A stretch of 64,000 bases of DNA from the human T2T-CHM13v2.0 reference genome, Homo sapiens. Below the pieces are notes generated by a model. It ran no database searches and was not told the DNA's origin. It was given only the letters and a program-made list of their open reading frames with translations. Location of the stretch: assembly GCF_009914755.1 (NCBI RefSeq), contig NC_060938.1; one strand, written 5' to 3'. The position numbers and the translations under genes were made by a program. Positions 37,901 through 52,900 of this stretch are shown here, in pieces (within the stretch, counting starts at the first letter, position 1; every line of letters begins with the position of its first letter).

Positions 37901-40900
37901 TGGAGTGGAGTGGAATGGAGTGGAATGGAATGGAGTTTAGTGGAAAGGAATGTAATCGAATGGAACTTAATGGAATGAAACGGAATGGAAGGGAACAGAA
38001 AGGAATGGAGTGGATTGGAATGGAGTGCAGTGGAGTACAGTGGAGTCTATCAGAGTGCAGTGAAATGGAATGTAAGGGAATGGAGTGGAATGGAGTGGAG
38101 TCGAATGGAAATTAATGGAGTGGAGTGGAGTGGAGTGGAGTGGAATGGAATTGAGTGGAGTGGAATGGCATGGAATGGATCGGAGTGCAGTGGAATGGAA
38201 TGCAATGGAATAGAATGGAATGGAATGGAATGGAAAGGAAAGGAATGGTGAAATGAAATGTGAGCTAAGACTGTGCCACTGCACTCCAGTATGCGGAAAA
38301 GAGTGAGATCCAGTCGAAATAAAGGACTGGAATGGAATGGAGTAAATTTGAAAGGAATGGACTGCTGTGGAATGGAATGGAGTGGAAAGGAAAGGAGTCG
38401 TGTGGAATGGAGAGGAGTGGAATAGAGTAGAGTGTAATGGAGTGGAGTAAAGTGTAATGGACTGAAACGGAATGGAATGCAGTGGAATGGAATGGAATGG
38501 AGTGGAATGGAGTGGAGTGGAGTGGAATGGAGGGTAGTGTAATGGAGTGGAGTGGAATGGAGAGGAATGGAATGGAGTGGGGTGGAAAGGAATGGAATCC
38601 AATGGAACTTAATGGAATGAAACGGAATGGAAAGGAACAGAATGGAATGGAGTGGATTGGAGTGGAGTGTAGTGGAGTTGAGTGGAGTGTATAGGGGTGC
38701 AGTGAAGTGGAATTTAAGGGAATGGAGTGGAATGGAGTGGAGTTGAATGGAATGGAATGGAATGGAGTGGAGTGGAATGGAGAGGAGTGGAATGTAATGG
38801 AGTGAAGTGGAGTGGAATGCAATGGAATGGAATGGAATGCAATGGAGTGGAGTGGAGTGGAACCGAGTGGAATGAAATGGCAAGGAATGGAATGGAATAG
38901 AATGGAATGCAATGGAATGGAATGGTGAAATGAAATGTGAGCTAAGACGGTGCCACTGCACTCCTGTCATGGAGACAGAGTGAGATCCATTCGGAAATAA
39001 GGAATGGAATGCAATGGAGTAGAATGGAATGGAATGGAGTGGAGTGGAATGGAATGGAGTGGAATGCATGGGAGTGGAGTGGAATGGAGTGGAGGCAAAT
39101 GGAGTGGTGGAATGGTGTATAGTGAAGTCTAATGGAGTGAAATGGAGTGGAACGGAGTGAAATGGCGTGGAGAAGAATTCGGTGGAATGGAATGGAATGG
39201 AATGGAATGGAATGGAATGGAGTGGAGTGGAATGGAGTGGAGTGCAGTGGAATGGTATGGATTGGAGTGGAATATAATGGGGTGGAGTGGAATGGAATGG
39301 AAAGAGTGAGAGTGGAGTGGAATGGAAGAGAATGCAATGGAACAGAATGGAATGGAATGGAAAAAGGCGTGGAGTGGATTGGAGTTGACTGGAGTGGATT
39401 GGAGGGCAGTGAAGTGGAATGGAATGGAATGGAGTGGTGTTTATTGGACTGGAATGGAGAGCAGTGGAGTGAAGTGGAATGGAATGGAGTGGAGCGGAAT
39501 GGAATTGAATGGAGTGGAGTGTAGCGGAATGGAAAGGAGAGGAATGGAATTGAATAGAATGGAATGGAAAGGAATGCAATGGAATGGATTGGAGTGAAGT
39601 GGAGAGGAATGAAGTGGAATGGAGTAGAAGGGAATGGAATGAGGTGGTTTGCAATGGAATTGATTTTAAAGGAATGGAGTCAAGAGCAGTGGAGTGAAGT
39701 GCAGTGGAGCGGAAAGGAGTGAAATGCAGTGAAAAGGAGTGGAGTGGAATGGAATGGAACGGAATGGAACAGAATGGAATGGAGAGGAGTGGAGTGGACA
39801 GGAGTGCAGTGGAATGTAATGGAGTGGAGTGCAGTGGAGTGGAGTGGAGTAGAGTGAATTGGAATGGAAGGGAATGGACTGTAGTGGAGTGGAATGGAAT
39901 TGAGTGGAGTGGAGTGGAATGGAATTTAGTGGAGTGGAATGGAATGGAATGGAATGGAATGGAATGGAATGGAGAAGAGTGGAATGGAAAGAATAGGAAT
40001 GGAATGGAATGGAATGGAATGAAATGGAATGGAATGGAGAAGAGTGGAATGGAAAGAATAGGAAAGGAATGGAATGAAGTGGAATGGAATGGAGTGGACT
40101 GGACTGGATTGAAGTTAAGTGGAATGGAATGGAGTGGAATGGAATGGAGTGCAATGGAATGGAGTGGAGTGGATCGGAGTGCAGTGGAATGGAATGGAAT
40201 GGAGTGGAGTGGAGTGGAATGGAATGGAATGGAGTGAAGTGGAGTGGATTGGAATTGAGTGGAGTGGAGTCGAATGGAGCGGAATGGAATGGAGAAGAAT
40301 GGAATGGAAAGGATTGGAATGGAATTGAATGAAGTGGAATAGAATGGAGTGGACAGGAGTGGATTGAAGTTAGGTAGAATGGAATGGAGTGGAAACGAAT
40401 GGAGTGGAAAGGAGTGGAGTGGATCAGAGTGAAGGGGAATGGAATGGAATGTAGTGAAGGGGAATGGAATGGAATGTAGTGCAGTGGAATGGAATGGAAT
40501 GCAGTGGAGTGGAGTGGAGTGAAGTGGATTCGAGTGGAGTTGATTGGAGTTGAATGGAATGGAATGGAGAGGAATGGAATGGAAGGGAGTGGAGGAGAAT
40601 GGAAAGGAATGGAAGGAAATGGAATGGAAATTAGTGGAGTGGAATGGAATGGAATGGACTGGACTGGAATGGAGTGGAGTGGAATGGAATGGAGTGGATT
40701 GGAGTGGAGTGGAGTGGAGTGGAGTGGACTGGAGTGGAGTGGAGTGCAGTGGACTACAGTGCAATGAAGGGGAGTGGAGTGGAGTGGAATGGAGAAGAAT
40801 GGAATGGAGTGTACTGTAATGGAAGGGAATGGAAACGAATGGGATGGAATGGAACAGAACGGAATGGAAGAGAATGGAATGAAGTGGACAGGAGTGCAGT

Positions 40901-43900
40901 GGAGATGAATGGAGTGGATCGCATTGTAGTGGAATGGAATGGAATGGAATGGAGTGGAGTGGAGTGGAATGGAGAATAATGGAATGGAATGGAGTAGAAT
41001 GGAAAGGAATGGAGTGGAGTGGAGTGGAATGGAGAAGAATGGAATGGAATGGAGTAGAATGGAAAGGAATGGATGGAGTGGAATGGAAAGTAATGGAATG
41101 GAACAGAATGGAATGGAGTGTACAGGAGTGGAGTGGAGTTGAGTGGAGTAGATCGCAGCACAGTGGAATGGAATGGAATGGAATACAATGGAGTGGGGTG
41201 GAGTGTATTTCAGGGGACTGGAGTGGAGTGGAGTGGAATGGAATGGAGTGGAGTGGAATGGAGTGGAATGGGACAGAACGGAATGGAGTGCAACTGAGTG
41301 GATAGGAGTGGATTGGAGTTGAGTGGAGTGGATCAGAGTTCAGTGGAATGGAATGGAATGGAATGGAATGGAGTGGAGTGGAGTGGAATGGAGTGGAATG
41401 GAGTGGAATGGAATGGAGTGAAGTGGAATGGAGTGGAATGGAAGGGAATGCAATGGAATGTTTAAATGAAATGTCAGCTAAGATTGTCCCACTGCACACC
41501 AGTCTGGTTGACAGAGTGAGATCCAGTCGAAATAAAGAAATGGAATATAACAGAGTAAAATGCAAAGGAATGAGGGGGGGTGGAATGGAATGGAGTGGAA
41601 AGAAGGGAGTGGAGTTGTTAGGAGTAGAGTGGAATGGAGTGGAGTGGAATGGATTGGAGTGGAATGGAGTGTAATGAAGTGGAATGGAATTGAATGGAAT
41701 GGGGTGGAATGGAATGGAATGAAGTGGAATGGAATGGAGTCCCGTTGAGTCAAGTGGAATGGAGTGGAATGGAGTGAAATGGAGTAGAGTGGAATGGAGT
41801 GCAGTGGAATGGAAAGGATTAAAATGGAATGGAATGGAACGGAGTGTACAGTAGTGGAGTGTAGTGGAGTTGAGTGGAGTGGATAAGAGTGCAGTGGAAT
41901 GCAATGGAATGGAATGTAGTAGAGTCGAGTAGAGTGAAGTGGATTGCAGTGGAATGGAGTGGAATGGAATGGAGTGGAGAGGAATGGAATGGAATGGAAT
42001 GGAACGGAATGGAGTGGAGTGGATTGGAATGGAATGGAGTGGAGTTGTGTGGAGTTGAGTGGAGGGGAGTGGACTGAAGCGGAATGGAATGAAATGGTGA
42101 AATGAAATGTGAGCTATGATTGTGCCACTGCATTCCAGTCTGGGTGACGGAGTGACATCCAATTGAAATGATGGATTGGAATGGAATAGAGTGGAGTGGA
42201 ATGGAATGGAGTGGAATGGAGTGGAATGGAGTGGAATCGAATGGAATGGAATGGAGTTGAATGCAATGGAATGGAGTAGAGTGGAATGGAGCAGAGTTGA
42301 GTGGAATGAAGTGGAATGGAATGGAACGGAATGGAACAGAATGGAATGGAGTGCAGTGGAGCGCATCGTAATGGAGTTTACAGTAGTGGATTGGAGTGCA
42401 GTGGAATGGAATGGAATGGAGTGGAGTGGAGTGGATTGGAGTGGATTTTAACAGAGTGTAATGGAATGGAGTGGAGTGTAATGGAATGGAACCGAACGGA
42501 ATGAAACGGAGTGGAGTAGAGTGGAGTTCAGTGGAGTGGATCAGAGGGCAGTGGAAAGGAATAAAATGGAATGGAATGGAAAGAAGTGTAGTGGAATGGA
42601 ATAGGGTAGAGTGGAGTGGCTTGGAGGGAATGAAGTGCCGTGGAGTGAAATGGAGTTTAGTGGAATGGCGTGGAGTGGAATGGAGTGGAATGGAATAGAA
42701 AGGAATGGAGTGGAATGGAATGGAATGTAGTAGAATGGAGTGGAGCGGAGTGGAATTCAGTGAAATGGAGTGCAATGGAATGGAGTGGAATGGAAAGGAA
42801 TGGAACGGAACTGAACAGAGTGGAACGGAGTGGATTGGAGTGGATTGGAGTGGAGTGGAGTGGTTCAGAGTGCAGTGGAAAGGAATGGAATGAAAAGGAG
42901 TGGAGTGCTGTGGAGTGGAGTGGATTGGAGTGGAGTGGAAAGGAGTGGAATGGAGTGAAATGGAGTGGAATGGAATGGAGTGGAGTGGAATGGAACAGAG
43001 TGGAACGGAACGGAATGGAATGGAATGGAACGGAATGGAATGAAACGGAAGGGAACGGTATGGACTGGTGTGGAGTTGAGTGGAATGTATCAGAGTGCAG
43101 TGGAAAGGGATGGAATGGAATTGAATTCAATTGAATGGAATGGAGTGGAGTGAAATGGAATGGAATTGAATGGAATGCAATGGATTGGAGTGAAATGGAA
43201 TGGAATTGAATGGAATGCAATGGAATGGAAAGGAATGAAATGGAACTTAATGGAATGGAGTGGAGTGGAGTGGAGTTTAATAGAGTGGAGGGGGCTGTTG
43301 TGGATTGGAATGAAATGCAATGCAATGGAGTGGAATGGAGTGGAGTGGCATGGAGTGCAACGAAATAGAACGCAGTCGAAAGGAAAGGAGATGAGTGGAA
43401 TGGAATGGAGGGTAATGGAGTGGAGGGGAGTGGAGAGGAATGGAGTGGATTGGAGTCGAGTGGAGTGGAATGGAGTGGAATGGAATGGAAAGGAATGGAA
43501 TGGAATGGGTTGGAATGGAGTGGGTTGGAGAGGAATGGATTGGAGTGGAGTGGAATGCAATGCAATGGAACAAAATGGAATGAAATGGAAGGAAACAGAG
43601 TAGAGTGGAGTGGAGTTCAGTGGAGTTGACGGAACGGGATCGGAGTTCAGTGGAATGGATAGGAATGCAAATGAATGGAAAGAGGTTGAGTGGAATGGAA
43701 TGGAATGAAATGGAAAGGAATGGAAAGGAGTGGAGTGGAGAAGATTGGAGTGGAAGGGAGTGGAGTGGAGTAGAATGGAGTGGAATGGAATAGAGTGGAG
43801 TGGAATGGAATGGAATGGAAAAAAATGGAATGGAATGGAATGGAATGCAACGGAACGGAGTGGAGTGCCTTGCGGTGGACTTGAGTGGAGTGGAGTGGAA

Positions 43901-46900
43901 TGGATTGGAAAGGAGTGGAATGGAATGGAAAGGAATGCAGTGGAATGGAAACGAATGTAGTGCAATAGAATGGAGTGGAGTGGAGTGGAGTGTAATTGAG
44001 TGGAATTGAGTGAAATGGAGTGGACAGGAATGGAGTGGAGTTAAATGGAATGGAGTGGAATGGAATGGAATGGCACGAAACGGAACGGAATGGAATGCAA
44101 TGGAATGGAGTGGAGTGTAATGAAGTTGATTGGAGTAGATCGGAGTGCAGTGGAATGGAATGGAATGGAATGGAATGGAATGGAATGGAATAGAGTGGAG
44201 TGGAGTGGAGTGGAATTGAGTGGACTGGAGTAGTGTGCAGTGGAGTTTAGAGGAATGGATTGGAGTTGAGTGGAATGGAAAGGAATGTATTGGAATGAAA
44301 TGTAACGGAGTGGAATGGAATGGAATGGAGTGCAGTGGAGTGGAATGGAATGCAATGCAATGGAATGGAATGGAATGGAATGGAATGGAATGGAATGGAA
44401 TGGAATGGAGTGGAATGGAATGGAGTGGAGTGGAATGGAATGGAATGGAGTGGATTGGAATGCAACGTAGTAGAGTGGAGTGGAATGGAGTGGAGTGGAG
44501 TGCACTGGAGTGGAATTGGGTGAAATGGAGTGGAGTGGAGTGGAGTGGAATGTATTGTAGTGGAATGGAGAGGAGTGGAGTGGAGTAGAGAGGAGTGGAC
44601 TGGATCGGAGTTCAAAGGAATGGAATGGAATGGAATGGAATGCAGTGGAGTGGAGTGGAATGGAGTGGAAAAGAATGGAATGGAGTGGAATTGAGTGGAC
44701 TGGAAAGGAGTGGAAAGGAGTGAAATGGAATGGAGTGGAATGGAGTAAAATGGAATGGAAAGGAATGGAATGGAGTGGAGTGGAATGGAATGGAGTGCAG
44801 TGGAATGGAGTGGACTGGAAGGCAGTTGAATAGAGTGGAATGGAATGGAATGGAATGGAATGGAATGGAGTGTAATGTAGTGGAATGGAGTGGAGTGGAG
44901 TGGAATGGAGCGCAGTCTAATGGAGTGGAGAGGAATGGAGTGGAATCGAGGAAAACGGAGAGGAGTGGAATGAAGTGGAGTGGAATGGAATGGAGTGGAA
45001 TGGAAAGCAACAGAACGGAATGGATCAGAATGGAATATAACGCAGTGGAGAGGAGTGGACGGTAGTGAAGTTGAGTGAAGAGGACTAGAGTGTAGTGGAA
45101 TCGAATGGAAATAAATGGTATGGAATGGAGTGAAGTGGAGTGGAGTAGAGTGGACTGGAGTGGAATGGAGTGGAATGGAATGGAATGGAGTAGAGTGGAA
45201 TTGAATGGAATGGAATGGAAAGGAATGGTATTCTGAAATGTAATGAGAGCTAAGATTATGCCTCTGTACTCCAGTGTGTGTGACAAAGAGAGATCCAGTC
45301 AAAATAAAGGAATTGAATGCAATGGAGTAGATTGGAATGGAATGGAGTGGAGTGGAATGGAATTGGGTGGAATGGAGTGGAGTGGAATGGAGTGGGTTGG
45401 AGAGGAATGGATTGGAGTGGAGTGGAATGCAATGTAATGGAAAAGAATGGAATGGAATGGAAGGGAACAGAGTGCAGTGGAGTGGAGTGCAGTGGAGTTG
45501 ACTGAAGTGGATGGGAGTGCAGTGGAATGGATAGGAATGCAATCAAATGGAAAGAGGTTGAGTGGAATGGAATGGAATGAAATGGAAAAGAATGGAAAGG
45601 AATGGAGTGGAGTGGAGTGTAACTGAGTGGAGAACAGTTGGGTGTAGTTGAGTTGAATGGAGTGGAGTTGAGTGGAGTGGAATGGAGTGCAATGGAACGG
45701 AATGGAGTGGAATGGAATGGAATGGAGTGAATTTCAAAGGAGTGGAATGTAACGGAGTGGAATGCAATGGAATGGAATGGAATGGAATGCGACGGAATGG
45801 AATGGACTAGACTAGAGATGAGTGGAGTAGAATGGATTGCAGTGGCCTGGAGTGGAGGGGAGTTGAGAGGAGCGGATCAAAGTGCAGTGGAATGGAATGC
45901 AATGGAATGTAATGGAATGAAGTGGAGTGGAATAGAATGGAATGGAGTGGAGTGGAGTGGCATGGAATGGAATGGAAGGGAATGGAATGGAATGCAATGG
46001 AATGGAACGCAATGGAATGGAACGGAATGGAACGGAACGGAATGGAATGGAATGGAATGGAATGGAATGGAATGGAATGGAATGGTGAAATGAAATGTGA
46101 GCTAAGATTGCGCCACTGCACTCCAGTCTCGGTGACACAGTGATATCCAGTCGAAACAAAGGAATGGAATGGTATGGAATGGAATGGAGTAGAATGCAAT
46201 GGAATGGAGTGGAGTGGAATGGAATAGAGTGGAATGTAGTGGAGTGGAATTGAGTGGAATGGAATGGAGTGGAGTGGAATGGAATGGAATGGAGTGGAAG
46301 GGAAAGGAGTGCCTTGGAATGGATTGCAATGGAACGGAATGGAAAGGAATGGAATGGAACGGAACGGAGTGGAGTGGAGTAGATTGGACTGGATTGGAAT
46401 GCACTGGAATGGAATGGCATGGAATGGAATAGAGTGGAATGGAATGGAGTCGAGTGGAGTGGAGTGGATTGGAGTGGACTATAGTGGAATGGAGTGAAAT
46501 GGAATGGAGTGGAAATGAGTGGAGTGGAATGGAATGGGGAGGATTGGATCGGAATGGGACAGTACGGAAAGGAACGGAATGGAAAGGAGTGGAGTGGAGT
46601 GGAGTTGATTGGAGTGGATCACAATGCAGTGGAATGGAATGGAATGGAATGGAATGGAATGGAATGAAATGGAAGGGAGTGGAGTGGAGTGGAATGGAGT
46701 GGAATGGAATGGAGTGGAGTGGGATGAAATGAAATCGAAAGGAACGGAGTGGAATGCCATGGAATGGAATGGAGTGGAGTGGGATGAAATGAAATCGAAA
46801 GGAACGGAGTGGAATGCCATGGAAGGGAATGGAATAGAATGGAATGGAATGCAACGGAATGGAATGGACTGGAGTGGAGTTGAGTGGAGTAGAATGGATA

Positions 46901-49900
46901 GCAGTGGACTGGAGTGGAGGGGAGTTGAGAGGAGTGGATCAAAGTTCAGTGGAATGGAATGCAATGGAATGTAATGGAATGAAGTGGAGTCGAATGGAAT
47001 GGAGTGGGGTGGAGTAGAGTGGCGTGAAATGGAATGGAATGCAATGGAATGGAATGGTGAAATGAAGTGTGAGCTAAGATTGTGCCACTGCACTCCAGTC
47101 TGGGTGACAGAGTGATATCCAGTCGAAACAAAGGAATAGAATGAATGGAAAAGAGTAGAATGGAATGGAAAGGAATGGAGTGGAGTGGAATGGAATAGAG
47201 TGGAATGTATTGGACTGGAATTGAGTGGAATGCAATGGAGTGGAGTGGAATGGAATGCAATGGAGTGGAAGGGAAAGGAGTGCCTTGAAATGGATTGCAA
47301 TGGAACGGAATGGAAAGGAATGGAAAGGAAAGGAATGGAATGGAATGGAGTGGAGTGGAGTGGAATGGATTGGAGTGGACTATAGTGGAATGGAGTGGAA
47401 TGGAGTGAAATGGAGTGGAGTGGAAATGAGTGGAGTGGAACGGAATGGGGTGGATTGGATCGGAATGGAACAGTACGGAAAGGAACGGAATGGATAGGAG
47501 TGGAGTGGAGTGGAGTTGATTGGAGTGGATCAGAGTACAGTGGAATGGAATGGAATGGAATGGAATGGAATGGAAGGGAGTGGAGTGGATTGGAGTGGAG
47601 TGGAGTGGAATGGAGTGGAATGGAGTGGAGTGAAATGGAGTGGAATGGAATGGAGTAGAGTGAGATGAAATGAAATGGAATGGAATGGAATGGAACGGAG
47701 TGGAGTGGAATGGACATGAGTGGAGTTGACTGGAGTGGAACGGAGTGCAGGGGAAAGGAATGGTATAGATTGGAATTGAATGTAATGGAATGGAGTGGAA
47801 TGGAATACAAAGGAATGGTGTGGAGTGGTGTGCAGGGGAGTTGAGTGGAGTCGAAAGGAGCGGAGTGGAATGTAGTGGAGTGGAGTGTAATGGAATGGAA
47901 TGGAGTGGAATATATTGGAATGGAATGGTATGTAGTGGAGTGGAACGGAATGGAGTGTAATGGAATGGAATGGAGTTGAGTGAAATGGAATGCAATGGAT
48001 TGGAATGGAACAGAACGGAGTGAAGTGGAGTTGAGTGGAGTGGAATGGAAAGGAGTGTAGTAGAATGGGTGGCAATGGAATGGAGTGGAGTGGAGGTGAG
48101 TTGCATGGAATGAAGTGCAGTGGAATGGAGTGGAGTTGAGTGGAATGGAATGGAGTGGAATGGAATAGAATGGAGTGGAGTGGCAAGGAATGCAGTGGAG
48201 TCGAGTAGAGTGGAGTGGAAAGGAAAGGGGTGGAGTAGAATGGAAGGAATGGAAAGGAGTAGAGTGGAGTGGAATGGAATGGAGTGGGGTGGAGAGGAAT
48301 GGAATGGAGTGGAGTGGAATAGAATGGAGAAGAATGGAATTGAATGGAGTGGAATGTAATGGAGAAGAATGGAATGGAATGGAATGGAGTGGAATGGAAT
48401 GAATTGGAGTGGAGTCGAGTGGAGTGGAATGGAGTGGAATGAAGTGAAACTGAGTGGAGGGAAAAGGAGTGGAGTGTAATGGAATGGAGTGGAATGGAAC
48501 GGAATGGAATGGAATGGAATGGCATGGAGCAGAGTGGAGTGGAGTTGAATGGATTGGGTCGGAGTGCAGTGGAACGGAATGGAATGGAGTGGAATGGAGA
48601 GGAGTGGAGTGTAGGGGAATGAAGTTGAGTGGAGTTGAGTGGAGTGGAGTGAAGTGGAATGGAATGGAATGGAATGGAACGGAATGGAACGGAACAGAAT
48701 GGAGTGGAGTGAAGTAGAGTGGACTGGAGTGCAGTGATTGGAGTGCAGTAGAATGGAGTGCAATGGAATGGAATGGAATGGAGTGGAGAGAAATGGAATG
48801 GAAAGGAAAGGAGTGAAGTGGAGTGGAGTGGTGTGGAGTGGAAATGAGTGGAATGGAGTGAATTGGAGTGGAGTGGAATGAAGTGGGGTGGAATGGAATA
48901 GAACGGTATGGAACGGAAAGGAAGGGAGTTGAATATAATGGAACAGAATGGAATGGATCAGAATGGAACAGAGTGCAGTGGAGTGGAGTGGATCGGAGAG
49001 CAGTGGAATGGATTGGAATGGAATAGAATGTATTGGACTGGAGTGGAGTGGAGTGGAGTGGAATGGAGTGCAAAGTAATGGAAAGGAATGGAGTGGAATG
49101 GTGTGTAATGGAGTGTAATGGAGTGGAGTGGAATAGAATGGAGTGCAGTGGAATGGAACTTAATGGAATGGAATGGAATGGAATGTGAAGGAATAGAATG
49201 GAATGGAATTGAGAGGAGTGGAGTTTAGCAGAGTGGAGTGAGTTGGAATGGAAAGCAGTGCAGTGGAATGTAATGGAATGGAAAGTAATGGAATAGAATG
49301 GAGTGGAGAGGAGTGGAACAGAATGGAGTGGAACGGAATGGAGTGGAGTGGAATGGAAAGCAGTGCAGTGGAGTTGAACTGAGTGGAGTGGAGTGGAGTG
49401 GAGTCGAATCGAATGGAGTGGAGTGGAGTGGATTGGAATGGAATGGAAAGGAATGGAATGCAATAGAGTGGAATGGTGAAATGAAATGGGAGATAAGATT
49501 GCGCCACTGCACTCCAGTCAGGGTGAGAGTGAGATCCAGTCGAAATGAAGGAATGGAATGGAATGGAATGGAGTAGAATGGAACGGAATGGAGTGGAGTG
49601 GAGTGGAGTGGAGTGAAATGGAATGGAGTGGAATGGAGTGGAATGGTGTGAAATGGAATGGAGTGGACTGAAGTAGAAAGCAATGGAATGGAATGGAATG
49701 CAATGGAGTTGAACGGAATTGAATGGAGAGTAACGGAATGAAGTGGAGTAGTGTGGAGTTGAGTGGAATGAAATGGAGAGGAGTGGAGTAGAGTGGAGTG
49801 GAATGTAATGGAATTTAATGGAATGGAATGGAAGGGAAAGGAATTGAATGGAATGGAATGGAGTGGAGTGGAGTGAAATGGAATGGAAAGGAGTGGAGTG

Positions 49901-52900
49901 GAGTAGTATGCAGTGGAGTGGAGGTGAATGGAATGGAGTGGAATATAATGGACTGGAGTGGAATGGAATAGAATGGAATGGAAATAAACGGAAAGGAAAG
50001 GAACAGAATGGAATGGAATGGAGTGGAGTGCAGTAGAGTGGAGTGGAGTTGAGTGGTGTGGATCAGAGTTCAGTGCAATGGAATGGAATGGAATGTAGTG
50101 GAATGGAGTGAGTAAAGTGGAGTGGAATGAAATGGAGTGGAGTGGAGTGGAATGTAATGGAATTTAATGGAATGGAATGGAAGGGAAAGGAATGGAATGG
50201 ATTGGAATGGAGTGGAGTGGAGTGAAATGGAATGGAATGGAGTGGAGTGGAGTAGTATGCACTGGAGTGGAGGTGAATGGAATGGAATGGAATATAATGG
50301 ACTGGAGTGGAATGGAATGGAGTGGAATGGAAATGAACGAAACGGAATGGAATGGAGTGGAGTGGAGTGAAACAGAATGGAATGGAGTGGAGTGGAGTAG
50401 TACGGAGTGGAGTGGAGGTGAATGGAATGGAGTGGAATATAATGGACTGGAGTGGAATGGAATGGAGTGGAATGGAAATGAATGGAATGGAAAGGAATGG
50501 AACGGAACGGAATGGAATGGAGTGGAGTGCAGTAGAGTGGAGTGGAGTGCAGTAGAGTGGAGTGGAGTTGAGTGGTGTGGATCAGAGTTCAGTGCAATGG
50601 AATGGAATGGAATGTAGTGGAATGGAGTGAGTAAAGTGGAGTGGAGTGGAATGGAGTGGAATGGAGTGGAATGAAATGAAGTAGAGTGGAATGGAATGGA
50701 ATAGAATGGAATGGACTGGAGTGGAATGTAATGGAATGGAAAGGAATGGAACGGAGTGGAGTGGTGTGGAGTGGAGTGGAGTTGGCTAGAGTTTATCGGA
50801 GTGCAGTGGAATGGAATGGATTGGAGTGGAATGGAGTGGAGTGGAATGGAGTGGAATAGAATGGAATGGAGTGGAATCGAATTCAGTGGAGTGAAATAGA
50901 ATGAAATGAAATGGTATGTAATTCAGTGGAATGGAATAGAAAGGAACGGAAAGTAACGGAGTGGAGTGGAGGGGAGTGGAGTCGATTCAAGTGGTTCGCA
51001 GTGCAGTGGAATGGAGTGGAATGGAATGGAATAGAGTAGAATGGAGTGGAGTGGAATGGAGTGGAGTGGAGTGGAAAGGAGTGGAGTGGAATGGAGTGCA
51101 GTGAAATGGAATGGAAAGGAAAGGAATGGAATGAAATGGAACGGAATGGAATGGAACGGAATGGAACGGAGTGGAGTGGAGTTGAGTGGAGGGGATTGGA
51201 GGGCAGTGGAATGGCATGGAATGGAATGGAATGGAATGGAATAGAATGGAATGGAATGGAATGGAATGGAATGGAATGGAATGGAATGGAATGGAATGGA
51301 GTGGAGTGGAGTGGAATGGAATGGAGTGGAGTGGAATGGAATGGAATGAAATGAAATGGAATGGATTGGAAAGAAATGGAATGAAGTGGAGAGGAGTGAA
51401 ATGAAATTGAATGGAGTGGAGAGGAGTAGAATGGAGGGGAGTGGAGTGGAATGGAAAGGAGTGGAGTTGAGTGGAGTGGAATGGAGTGGAATGGAATAGA
51501 ATGGAGTGGAACAGGATGGAACAGAAAGGAACAAAATGGAGTGGAACAGACTGAAATGGAGTGGAGCGGAGTTGAGTGGAGTGGATCGGAGTGCAGTGGA
51601 ATGGAATGGATTGGAGTGGAATGGAGAGGAGTGGAGTGGTGTGGAGTGGAAAGGAGTGGAATGGAATGGACTGGAGTGGAATGGAATGGAATGGAAAGGA
51701 ATGGAATGAAATAGAACGGAATGGAATGGAAGTGAATGGAATGCAGTGGAGTGGATTTGAGTGGAATGGATCAGAGTGCAGAAGAATGGAATGGAAAGGA
51801 ATGGAATGGAATGGAATGGAATGGAATGGAATGGAGTGGATTGGAATTGAATGGAAAGGAAAGGAGTTGAGTGGAGTGTTGTGGAGTTGAACAGAGAGAA
51901 ATGGAGTGAAATGGAGTGGAGTGGAATGGAGATAGGAATGGAGTGGAGTGGAATGGAACACAATGGAACAGAATGGAATGGGACAGAATGGAATACAGTG
52001 GAGCGGAGTGGAGTCGAATGGAGTGGAATGCAGTGGAGTGGAGTAGAGTGGAGTGGAGTGGAAAGGAATGGAATGGAGTGGAGTGGAAGGGATGGAATGG
52101 AGTGGAATGGAATGGAATGGAGTGTAGTGGAATGGAAGGAAATAGAATGGAACGGAGAAGAACGGAGTGGAGTGGCATGTAGGTAAATGGATTGGAGTGG
52201 AATGTAGTGGAATGGAATGGAATCGAATGGAATCAAATGGAATAGAGTGGAATGGAATGAAATGGAATGGAGTGGAATGGAATGGAATGGAATGGCGAAA
52301 GGAAATGTGAGCTAAGAATGTGCCACCACACTCCAGTCTGGGTGAGAGAGTGAGAACCAGTAGAATTAAACGAATGAAATGGAATGGAGGACAATGGAAT
52401 GGAATAGAGTGGAATGGAATGGAATGGAGTGGAATAGACTGGAGTGGAGTGGAATGGAGTGGAGTGGAATGGACTGGAATGAAGTGGAATGCAGTGGCAT
52501 GGAGTGGAATGGAGAGCAGTGGAATGGAATGGAGTGGAATGTAATGGAACAGAATGAAACGGAACGGAATGGAGTGGAGGGGAATGAAATGGAATGGAAT
52601 GGAATGGAATTGTGAAATGAAATGTGAGCCAAGATTGGGCCACTGCACTCAAGTCTGGGTTACAGAGTGAGATCCAGTCGATATAAAGGAATGGAATGGA
52701 ATGGAGTGGACTGGAATGGAATGGAGTGGAATGCAGTGGAGAGGAGTGGAATGGGGTAGAGTGGAATGGAGTGGAGTGGAATGGAGTTGAATGGAGTGGA
52801 ATGAAATGGAATGGAGCGGAATGGAGTGGAAGGGACTGGAGTGGAATGGAGTTGAATGGAGTGGAAAGAAATGGAATTGAGTGGAGTGGAATGGAGTGGA

